NCBI RefSeq assembly: GCF_002113885.1
Contig: NW_018406620.1
Coordinates: 354,310 to 418,309, forward strand
DNA: 64,000 bases
DNA from: Mizuhopecten yessoensis
Lineage: Eukaryota
Reading direction: 5' to 3'
Shown here: piece by piece, positions 50,801-62,196 of the stretch
Layout: the number at the start of each line of letters is the position of its first letter
Numbering within the stretch: the first letter of the stretch is position 1
Notes under the pieces: generated by a model
Told to the model about the DNA's origin: nothing
The model's input: the letters and a program-made list of their open reading frames with translations, nothing else
The model's database searches: none
Made by a program: the position numbers and the translations under genes

Positions 50801-53800
50801 CTCTGAGCTTTGATAAATAATTTCAGAAAAGAAATCATACTTTGTGGGACTTTTATGAAATAAAATGATATACATGTAGATGAAATAAACAGAAATAATA
50901 ACATGTACTACATGTAGCTGAGAGTAAAAATTCAGCAAAGCTAGACCAGGATTTGAACCCATGGTCTAAAATTGTTATACTGTTGCTTTCACCAACTAAG
51001 TTACATGTCAACATGCTCTTTAACGACTGCTCAACAGTTACCTGTGTATATCCAGAGAATGAAATTAAGGGGAGGTAACTACTGTATATACAAAAAAAAA
51101 ATGTGGAATTCTCAAGTGTTTTGCCTGCAGTGGGACAGATTCTTATGACATTTTTTTTTCTTTCGAATTTTGAACAACTTTAATTCTGTAACAGCTCTAC
51201 TGCATTAACTGGTGTGTTTTATATAATGTGGAATACATCTGAATTAATTACGTAATCTGCAAAGAAAGTTGACCTATTTCAATATCATAACTACATGTAA
51301 AATAAATAGTATTTGATGGACATTTTCATCAGGGTGTATGGCTGAGAATCTGAAGAAGAAGATCATAGAGAAAGACAAACTGGTGGATATCGTGTGCGGT
51401 CCTGATGCTTACAAAGACCTCCCTCGTCTACTGGACGTCACATCCACGGGCCAAGCAGCTGGTACAATGTTATTCATGTTGTCAGACGTGTCATATCATA
51501 TCTTTTGATTATGAATATAGTGTTACAACCTGTTTTAAGGATATGAAACACGCAATCTTGTGTTGATACAACATGATGCTATATATGGTGTATTACCCCC
51601 GTAGCCATAACTCCGTCTTGATTGGATCTCATCAGTTATCTATTGATCAAGTGACAAATTAAAACCAGAATTGATCCCAAACATTTATGCCCCCATTTTC
51701 ACAATATATATGGTCATTGTCGTGTTGACTGCCATTGTGTTTAGTTTTTGTGAAGGAGATTGAACATTGATATGGGTTACTGATGTCCCCTTAGACGTAG
51801 GTTTGTTTATGTGAAGGAGATTGAACATTTATATGGGTTACTGATGTCCCCTTAGACGTAGGTCTGTTTATGTGAAGGAGATTGAACATTGATATGGGTT
51901 ACTGATGTCCCCTTGGACNNNNNNNNNNNNNNNNNNNNNNNNNNNNNNNNGACGTAGGTCTGTTTATGTGAAGGAGATTGAACATTTATATGGGTTACTG
52001 ATGTCCCCTTGGACGTAGGTCTGTTTATGTGAAGGAGATTGAACCTTTACATGGGTTACTGATGTCCCCTTGGATGTAGGTCTGTTTATGTGAAGGAGAT
52101 TGAACATTGATATGGGTTACTGATGTCCCCTTGGACGTAGGTCTGTTTATGTGAAGGAGATTGAACCTTTATATGGGTTGATGATGTCCCCTTAGACGTA
52201 GGTCTGTTTATGGCTGCTTTTGTTTGGTGGTAAGAATACTTCGTGTAAACTTAAATATAACTTCTTGAGGCACTAAATACAAGCAGATTGCCACAAAAAG
52301 CACAATTACGGTCCAATCTCTCTTAAGGTTGATCTACTTCTTGGGGAAGGCTGCAGGCTTATAACTTATCACATTTTCAAGGCACTTTCCAAAGCTATAT
52401 TAAGAAAAGATGTCTTTCATTTTTTTGTCTTTTGATTGTTTGAACAGTCAAAAGATAATTAATATTTTTTACACATATTAAGCTCATTTAGCATTTTATG
52501 GCCTGAAATAAAATATTACTTTTTCCAAGCATTGAGTTAGTTGAATTGTACAACCCTCCTTTATATCAATGAAGAAGAATTATGTTATGCCTAGTGAATA
52601 TTCAAATCAAGACTACATTTTGACTTACACATACAGGTACTTGTCTGTGACATTTTAAATCTTGTTGAAGTGTATTTATATTAAACTATTTAAAATTGTT
52701 TGTCTTCAGTAAATGTGATGCTGTCGTTTGACGAGACATATGCTGATGTGATGCCAGTCAGAGTAAATAAAGATTCACCTTCTGCTTTTGTGTAAGTACA
52801 TGTATACGTAGTGAATCTAATTTGTATCTCTCACCTGTGTGTGTGTTCATGTTAGTTAGAGATTTCTCTTACCCTGAACAGGTGTATCTGCCTGGATCCT
52901 AGTGTAAGATTCGTATAATTTTCCACCTCCTTGGGGAAGATTCTTCAGTTGTTAAACACAGGGGTTTGCCAAGTGTTTTGCAACTTAAGAATCTTTCCTT
53001 GAGATTTGAGCATCCCAATCTCACCTCAATTCGGTGAATGATCCTTTTTCTTTTACCATGTTGACCCTGTCATATTCATAATGCAATGTTGATATTACAG
53101 GTTAGTGCATTGTTGACGTTCCATTTATGCATTGTTGACGTGACAACATTGTATTGTTGACGTGACATCATACGTCTTAACCCTAGAGTGAGGAAAGAAT
53201 ATCTCACACTGTGAAAGTGGCGATCCACCTTTCTCCCCTATTGGACAAAGATATCCACACTTCCAGTCAGGGGAAAGATATCTTTCGTTATGATAGGGGA
53301 ATCCCCCCGTCTTTACCCTATATAGGGTATAGAGTAAAGACGGGAGGGGGGGTTCCTCTATCATTACTATTGCATGACTTCACGTCAACAATAGCAAATC
53401 AAGGAAGATAACTCTGATCTGCTTGAAATAGTGAAATAAACATTTTCATTTCTTGAAATTACCACTTGTATTTGATATGGGAGAAAAGTAATTATTCTCC
53501 ACTTTAGGAGTAAGACAGGAAAATGTCAACCCTGGTGGTAAGATTCTCTGACCCTCGGCAAAGCCTCGTGCTAGACATTTACCTTGGGTTGAGATTTTTC
53601 TGTCTTACCCTCAAGGTGGGGAAAGATTATATTAGGTCGGGGTAAGAGAAACCCTTGTTTACCCTAGAGTTGAAACAAGGGACTTATTCACTCATTACCA
53701 TTTGTATAATGTTGTGTCGACTATTCATTGATGTCGTATCAACAATGCATTAGCGCCATGTCAACAATACATAGGGTCGACAGAGTAAGAGAAAAATAAT

Positions 53801-56800
53801 CCTTCCCTCTTCAGGATCTTTACTGTCCAGATAAGATGCCAAAACACTTGGAAAGCTTTGTTTTTGGCAACTTCAGAATCTCCATAGGTTGTGACCCCTA
53901 CTATTACACTGTTCACACCCCAAATGAGTGAAACATTTTATTAGTTTTCAATTTGTATCCCATGCATGTAAGAAGTCAAAAAGGGTGTAACATTATAGCA
54001 ATTCCTTTGCATTGAAGACGGAAAAATCTCAAGCCATTTTTTTTGAGGTTCAAAATGAGGCTTTGCTTAGTGCTGAACCTCAAAAATCTTATCACAAAGT
54101 CTTGCGATTTCTCAATGTACTTTATATGGGAACGATAGTATTCTCCTACACTTTCCTACTGTGAAAAATACTCCGAGATGTAATGATGGCAATTTCAAAT
54201 TTTTGCCACATACATACTATAAAGGAAGACGTCTTTTATCATTTTATTTACAGGTCTATCATGCGCGGCTGTGATAACATGTGTACCTACTGTATTGTGC
54301 CGTTCACTCGAGGCAGGGAAAGGAGTCGTCCCATAGCATCTATAGTGGAAGAGATTCAAACCTTGTCGGATCAGGTATACAGAATATGTTTGTCACATAG
54401 TTTAATTCACAAAAAAAAGTACCCAGGGGAAGCATATCAAATTATTATATTATCGTGTATCTCCTTATGGAGAAATACATATCTGGTCAAGAGCCTGACA
54501 GTGTATGCTTAACTCATTCACCCCTGAAGACACATTTGAACTCTTCCAATTCAAAGGTTGGAATAGTTCATTATAACATTTCAGGGGTGAATGAGTTAAC
54601 AGAGGTCTGAACACTTTCGTTTTTGATTATAAAAGATTTAACTAATTATATTTGTTTTCGAACAATAAATTATTATGAAACAGATTTTTACCACTTATAT
54701 TCTCCATCGATATATTCATCAGAATATAAAACAATAAAACTCAAATGATATAATAGACATAAACAGGATAATAGCTCCTTGCTCATTTCATAGAAGATGA
54801 TTTGGAATTTTAGCAACCAGCTATTATGTCATTTATGTCTTGTGTTATCATTTGAATTTAATGGTTTTATAATTGGATGAATATAATGAGGGAGATATAT
54901 ATAATGCAAGTAACTTTGTTTGTATTCATATATACCTACATGTATAAGTATTTGGGTGTGGGAGGAGTCCAGACATATTCATTCTGAACACTTTGGTTTT
55001 GAAGTATGAAAAAATATAAGCTTTATTTTGAAAAAAAATATAAGCTTTATATAGCTAACAACAGTTATAAAACAGGTTTTCCAAATGATACTAATCACCC
55101 TTGTTGGCAAAGACGAAAGTGCACAGTACCTTTTTAATACCCTTTCATGTCTGATAGGGGAATCAAATCCTGGCCTAGCTTCTTGGTGAAAAGCAAGAGT
55201 GCTATCAACTGCACCACCCAACCACCCTGTTTAAGTTTTTTCAAGAATGAAAAAAAATAAAAAAAATCTAGAGAAATAAAACACTGGAATCCATTTACAT
55301 GTAGTTAGAATGTAATTTAAGTCTAAAGAAGGTATGTTTTACAATTTCTATCGGTCTGATATAACAAGACCCTGAAAACAACTTTTTCAAAATTAACGAA
55401 TTAATGGAAATTCTTTTGTTTTTTTAGGGGTTAAAAGAAATCACACTCCTTGGACAGAATGTTAATAGCTATTTGGACAAGTCAGAGTCTAAGTTTTATG
55501 GAGGATTAAGTGCTGATGCTCATACGAAAAACAGTTCAGGATTTAAGACAGTTTACAAACCAAAGGTTGGAGGTCGACGATTCAGTGACCTGTTGGACGC
55601 CGTTTCTAGAGTGGACCCCAGTATAAGGATTCGATTCACCTCACCACATCCTAAAGACTTTCCAGACGAGGTTGATGATCGTTCTTTTACAAATTCCAAA
55701 ACTAGTTTCTTTGATATGAATTCGGGATATAATTCAATATCATTTGAGTTTAAGGATCCCTGTCCCACTGCACTGCTGTTTTCCTTACATTTGTATACAC
55801 ATAATATATATAGGATCCTACATGAGTTTCCATTTCATATGAAATTTATGAAACAAGTCTTAATAATTTTTAGAGGCTCGCTAAAATGAAAAATTCATGA
55901 CGAGTTTCATAAATTTCATATGAAATGAAAATGAGTGCAAGATCCTTTTTATCACATAATCGAGATTTGAGGCATTTGTTTGTGTAAAACGACAATTTTC
56001 ATGCAACCTTGAAATGTAAAAATCCGCCATTTTGACTCTAGTGCGCGAGTTTGTGACGTCATGTACTTGTCCTAGGCATGACGTCACAATGAAACAATTG
56101 AAACTTACAACCAATCACAGGGCTTATAGGTTATATTATATGGGTTTATACGCAAAAAATATATGACATGGGTATATTAACTGAATAACACAGTACGTCA
56201 TGTGATAAGACCTCCTCTTTACTTCAGTTCTACTTGTAGCACATTCGGGATAGTACACTCCCATTGACCAGGTAGCTCAATCAATCAACAATGATTATAT
56301 TTTCTTTATTACATCTTTATTGTTTTTCATAATAGTCCCCCAAGGTATGGTTTCCTTTTCGGAAATGATTTATCAAGGTTTTAGACATGAAAAAAAACCC
56401 AACAGTTTCTAATACTTAGCTACAATTTTTGGCAGTGGTGCTGTGATCCTTAAGGAGAAAGATTTGTGTGAATGATAAATTTAAGAAGGTTACAACAGCT
56501 TTACACAAATTCTGTCTTTGCTTTAAGTTAAGACTGGTTTTCACTTTGGGTGATACCTCTCTTGTCATCGGACAAAAATTGATCACTACATATTTCCATT
56601 TATCTCCATTTTACTGTGATTATCTCCCTTGAAGTAAATCCAAATAGTTGAGCTGTGTACACATTCATTCAAAGGGCAGGAAATATCTGCCTACAGACAA
56701 ATATAAGCAAGTGTCTATATAGCTACTAACCCAGTAGACTAGTGCACATTTGTTTTGTGTATAGTACTAATTAATCATAGCATATGGATTTGGACAGAAA

Positions 56801-59800
56801 AACTAGCCTTGTTTCTTTTAGCATAATATTCATGAAGTCTAATTGCACATACCCTGGTATGTGAAAACTTTTGGACCACTAAGTAACATCTCCAGGCAAG
56901 TAATCCACTTGTCCAAATGACCAATACTTTTGAAAACTTTGTTCTAGCCCTGGCTCATCATTTAAGAAAAAAATGTATATATTGCAACAGTTTAATTTGT
57001 AGCAAAAGTTTGGTATTATGCAGCTGGTTTTGCCATACATTTGGGGAGATATATAAAGGAAGGGTTTAAACTAAGGAAAAGGGAACATTCCAATATACAG
57101 GCAATATATGATACAGCAAATCAAAACAGGGTTATCATAACTGTAGTTAAATATTAATATGTGTAACAGGACCTAGTCAGATGTTCTTCCATTGAGTAAA
57201 GGGAAATTCCCTCTAGCGAGTTGCTAGAAATTGACCATAATCCTATGTACAATTGAAATCTGCCAGACTATTCTCCCCTTTTTAAATGTGTTCTTTCATA
57301 AACACCACAACAACCCAGGTTCTAACTCCCTGTCATCACAGTGAGGAGAACATGTGTAACAGGAAAGTGAGTGTTTTGCTTCCACCTGGGATGGAACTCA
57401 CAATCACAGACTTCCTAGTCAGATGCTCTACCACTGAGCTAAAGGAAAATTTCCACCGGCACAAAAGCTAGCTATAGACGCCTATTGTAAACCTATGTAC
57501 ATTTAAAATCTGCCACACACGGATATCTAAATTTAAAAAGGGGAAAAAATGCAATAATTGCAATTATTTATATTTATTTATATGACTTCGTCTGGTGAGA
57601 AGACTCTACAGCTAGTGGTTGTTTTTCTACAGGTGCTGTATCTGATAAGAGATCGGGCGAACGTCTGTAATCATATCCACCTACCAGCCCAGAGTGGCAG
57701 TACTTCCGTACTCCAGGCCATGCGACGAGGCTACACCCGCGAGTCCTACCTGGAACTTGTACATCACATCTGGGACATCATACCAGGTAAGTTTAGAGTT
57801 ATTTACTGACTGAATATGAAATTCTGAATATCATTAGTATTAGCATTAATGCTTATTTTCCATATTGATTAATGATAAAAACATCGTAATTTCACATGTA
57901 ATGGACAGTGATGGATTTTTATATTGATGAATATATGTTATATGGACTTGAAAAAATGATATTGACATTGACTTTGTCTTTGGCTGATTTGTTTAAGACG
58001 TATCGCTGTCCAATGACTTATAATCGTGGGATTATTTGGTGAAACTTTACATTGACTTGTTTTAGATATCTCGCTGTTCTGTGACTTATAATCGTGGGAT
58101 TATTTGGTGAAACTTTACATTGACTTGTTTTAGATGTATCGCTGTTCTGTGACTTATAATCGTGGGATTATTTGGTGAAACTGTTTTAGATGTATCGCTG
58201 TACATGTCCTGTGACTTATAATCGTGGGATTATTTGGTGAAACTGTTTTAGATATCTCGCTGTCCTGTGACCTATAATCGTGGGATTATTTGGTGAAACT
58301 GTTTTAGATATATCGCTGTCCTGTGACTTATAATCGTGGGATTATTTGGTGAAACTGTTTTAGATGTATCGCTGTACATGTCCTGCGACTTATAATCGTG
58401 GGATTATTTGGTGAAACTTTACTTTGACTTGTTTTAGATATCTCGCTGTCCTGTGACTATATTGTAGGATTCTCTAGTTAAACTTTCTGTAGATTTGACC
58501 GATTTGTTTTAGATGTATAACTATCAAATAAATGCATCGCAGATTCCGTAGTGAAACTTTACGTTGATTGGTTTGTTTGTTAGTCCCCAACCAGTTCCCG
58601 GGGGGGGGGCGGACTATAGGTTTTCACACTTTCACACTGTCCGTCCGTCCTTTCGTCCAAGAAGTTTGTCTGGGGCATATCTTCTATACTTTTTCACCTA
58701 GAGTAACCAGATTAGGTGATCAAGGACATCTTGGGATGGCGAGTGCAAGAAGTAGGTCACTATGACCTCACTGTGACCTATGCTTTGAACAGTAGTTACA
58801 TCCTGACATAAGTGTATTGTTTGTTAGATATAGAAATCATTACCAGTGGGGGACTATGGATTGCCTTGATTCAGATATATCACTGTCCAGTGACTTTATT
58901 ACAGGATTCTGTGGTGAAAGTAAACTTAGACTTGGTTGATTTGCTTTAGATGTCTCGCTAAACAATGACTTTATTGCGGATTCTGTGGTGAAACTTTGCG
59001 TTGATGTGGTTGCACTTGATTTGTTTTAGATGTCTCGCTGTCCAGTGACTTTATTGCGGGATTCTGTGGTGAAACTGAGGCCGACCATGTGGACACATTG
59101 TCGCTGATGGAAATCGTACATTACAACTTTGCGTACATGTTTCCGTACAGCATGAGAAATGTAAGTTTATTTTTTTTTTATATATAATGTGAATAGTTTT
59201 CGAAAAAGAAATTCTGTTTTTGTCGCTGTGATCTTTTGACCATATAAGTGACTGAAACATTTCATGTTTTATGTTCCATATACATCATCAACTATACATC
59301 TGTTTTGAACAAGAGTTTAAAAAGGTCATCACAGTCATCTATCAATATACAGTTATGGACTTTTATGATGCTCAATATGATGTTATTTGAACAAGAAAAA
59401 TTGATATCAACCTCAACTCAAGTATCCCTTGGTCAGTGATGTTTTCACATGATATTTACCATCACAAAAGTCTACAGTACACTTTTTGTTTTGTTACTTG
59501 TGTGGTCATGGTGTAACTGTGCACTGACATAATAAATTGGTTCAGGGCAATAACATGCTGACCAAAGGAGGCCAGGTTAAAAGAAGAAAGCAGTAGGGAA
59601 GATAGGAAGAGACGTTGACCGTTTTGGGGCCCATTATGCTACACAATGGTTTATTCGAAAGTATCTTTTCACAACACCAACTGGGGAAAAGACCACTGGT
59701 CAAACAAACACAGGTTTTGTCATAGAATTATGTGTGACAAAATCATTTTGTATAACAGAAAACACATGCTCACCACAAGTTAAAAGACGATGTTCCCGAT

Positions 59801-62196
59801 GATGTCAAGAAACGCCGCCATCTAGAGATCGCTAAAACCTTCAGGAAGGGAGCTCTTATGCGGAACCAAGCGCAGATCGGACAGAAACAACTTGTTTTGG
59901 TGGAATCTGTAAGTCTCCAGTTGCTGGCATGGTTCAGCTTTGTATATTTCAACCTCATGCAAATATTTTAGTTGTACATCATGAAACCTGTCTTGCAGAA
60001 ATTTGATCTTGTCAATTCATAAAATGCTTACTTGAACCGAGGAAAATGGACCATCTTCTTATTAACTTTCATTTTGTTTTTTTCCCCTTCAAATTGCCAT
60101 GTAATTGTTGTATGCCTGATAACTTACACTCCAGCCAAACTTTTCCCTTTCATTGGAAAAAACTATATTTTCCAGTGTATATTTCACACTATCATGACTT
60201 TACTATACTCAGTTTGCTGGGTACTAATTCATGATAAATTGTTCCTTAAGCAAAGAGCAAAAGGTGAAAGTTGAACTGTAATAAAAATTACCTGGTAGAG
60301 TAAATGGGATAAAATTTGATTAATGTTAGACTGATATTAGCAAGTATGTGTACACAGAACACATGTAGGATTTGAAGTTAAAGCGTACCACTGCATCAGT
60401 GATAATTATTGCAAAAAAGAGTTCCACTCAGATTTTTTGATTTTTTTTAATGGAGTATTCTCTCTTCTTTGCACAAGATGAAGCAACAGAGTAATCCTCT
60501 GTCAAGTTATTTATAAGCTTTGGGGTCCGTTACTTAATTCTATAATTTGTATTTTTAATTCCTGTATGTCAACATTGGTTAAATATAGGTTTTTCTGGCT
60601 TTTTTTTTTTAATTAAATTTTCAAACTGTCCAATTTCGAACGACCAGAAATCCGTAAAATGCTCCACAACCTGTGATGTTTACATTAAACTTGTTTAAAA
60701 AGTTTGAAAAATACTTAGCACCCGGTAAACCAATATTTGACAATACCTGGAAACTTTCGTCCAGTCAAACTTTCGCCCTTCACTGGTAATATGTCTATTC
60801 GCCCAGTGTGTATTTCGCCCTTCACATGTAAATACTATATAAGGTAAATTGTGTGCTAATATTCGTTGTCATGATAAATTCGCCCTTATAACGGAGGGCC
60901 AAAAAGGCAAAAATTAAAGTGCAGCAAAATTTTCCCCGTTATACCGTAGTTACAGTGGTAATGAAACCGTTTTACTTGTTGGTACGCTTTACCGGAGAGT
61001 CGGATATACTGCAATCATATTAAAATCATCTGTTACATGGCTCCGTTAACTTCATACAGGCATAGTACGTAGTTAACGGAGCCATGTAACACTTGATTTT
61101 AATCAGATTGGATAGACTGAAAAAGAAAAAAAAGAAAATTCTTTGACATTTGCTCTAATGACTTTATTAATATACAGGTAAGTAAAAGATCTACAGATGA
61201 CATGGCGGGCAGGAATGACGGCAATACGAAAGTTATCCTGGTCGGCTCCGGAACAACAGCTGTTAATGGTTTAAACCTTAAACCTGGAGACTACGTAGTT
61301 GCTGAGGTAATAATCATTTTTCTACATAAAGTTTTCAGTTTTTGAAACCTAATCTGTCCTATGGTGACCTTAGATATTATGAAAAGAACTTAACCCTTTT
61401 AAAACAAGTTACATTTTCTGATAACGTATTGTTACATCTAACCTTATGAAAGGGAGATATACTGTGTAAGTATTTGTTCTTTTGTTTCTGGATTTGCTTT
61501 GTTTGAGTTCTAGTTTTAAATCTCTGTTGTTCTACTCCTTCCAATAAAATGCTATCTAAGTTATAAACTTTTCTGCATCACCCACTGGAGTTGTGCAATA
61601 CAATGTATCTAGATCACTAACTTTCAATTCCATTTCAGTGGTCAGATTTGTGCAATATTTTCCTTAAAAAATCTTGTATGGGCTCAAGATCAGTTTACAA
61701 ACCCCATTTACATTATTTAACTTCCAACACAATATGAAAAACTGCGTTAAATATGCATATCATTCTGTTGTTCATGAGGGACAGAATACCTAATTATTTT
61801 GCTGATTGCTTGATAAGAGAAAAACTATGCAAAATCTTTGACAAGATTTACCTTATATTCAAATTTCAGTAATTTATGCAAATTTGAAGTAGTTACCATG
61901 ACAACCATAATGGAAAACAAATGAATACTTTCATGACAGTGTCTGGGAATTATTTAAAGAAATGACTTAGTGATTTAAAATATCAGATTAAGGTTTGGAA
62001 TTTTCATGAGTTAGGACCGAAGCAGGCCCAAACCATTTGTAGTCTTTTTCATTTTACTTTTTTTCAGATTGCTTCCTGTTCATCTCAGGTTTTACATGGG
62101 CTACCATTATACACCTGTTCAATTCAAGACTTTTACAGATCTGAACACAGTTGTCAGGGCAACAACAACCAACAACATACTGCTGTTGCCAGTTAG
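41824..62196 (+). CDS. CDK5RAP1: CDK5RAP1 / MiaB mitochondrial tRNA methylthiotransferase (radical SAM), 598 aa; exons 41824-42124, 47269-47372, 48665-48788, 51333-51461, 52710-52791, 54254-54374, 55428-55670, 57633-57786, 59030-59160, 59759-59908, 61178-61306, 62068-62196
   Basis: Arg-rich N-terminal presequence; [62 protein letters not shown] (CxxxCxxC), [39 protein letters not shown], and TRAM-like GRNDGN..PGDYV. All introns GT-AG; 1797 nt in frame; AATAAA at 62298. Confidence 0.96.
42513..43122. mobile_element. CAATC..GATTG non-autonomous DNA transposon with perfect 9-bp TSD
   Basis: ~85-bp TIRs; GGGTAACGG at 42504-42512 and 43123-43131. The same TIR occurs truncated at 23381. Confidence 0.88.
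43428..44604 (+). mobile_element. HINE/Helentron-like element with 146-bp repeats
   Basis: Same family as 15402-16581; AACTTCTTCT at 43518, 43664, 43810 and 43957. Confidence 0.82.
47543..47634. mobile_element. ~90-bp TTAA-flanked MITE (other copies 49356-49445 and 54509-54599)
   Basis: TTAA-CTCATTCACCCCT...AGGGGTGAATGAG-TTAA in three CDK5RAP1 introns. Confidence 0.8.
48098..48200. repeat. 26-bp tandem repeat, 4 copies
   Basis: AGAAACAACAGTGAGGGTGTGCTTAT repeated four times. Confidence 0.9.
51750..52212. repeat. 61-bp minisatellite containing an assembly gap (51919-51950)
   Basis: GTGAAGGAGATTGAACATTGATATGGGTTACTGATGTCCCCTTAGACGTAGGTCTGTTTAT units. Confidence 0.93.
52950..53880. mobile_element. 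Degenerate long-palindromic non-autonomous element(s)
   Basis: Inverted similarity between about 52950-53120 and 53740-53880, plus an internal palindrome at 53497-53622 centred on CTCGGCAAAGCCTCG. Confidence 0.45.
57986..59029 (+). repeat. Tandem array of ~56-80-bp units derived from the CDK5RAP1 exon-9 splice acceptor and exon start, interrupted by a small TE (about 58580-58858)
   Basis: Units TGTTTTAG|ATRTMTCGCTGTCC.GTGACTT..GGGATT..TGGTGAAACT are homologous to 59018-59077. Confidence 0.9.
61012..61110. mobile_element. 99-bp palindromic CAATC..GATTG MITE with 9-bp TSD
   Basis: Hairpin TGTTACATGGCTCCGTTAACT..AGTTAACGGAGCCATGTAACA; flanks GATATACTG / GATAGACTG. Confidence 0.8.

Noticed and set aside
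58863-58920. Functional mutually exclusive alternative exon 9 of CDK5RAP1
   Set aside because: It covers only the first 16 or so codons, has at best a weak GTAAAC donor in the wrong phase for exon 10, and otherwise runs into TGA.
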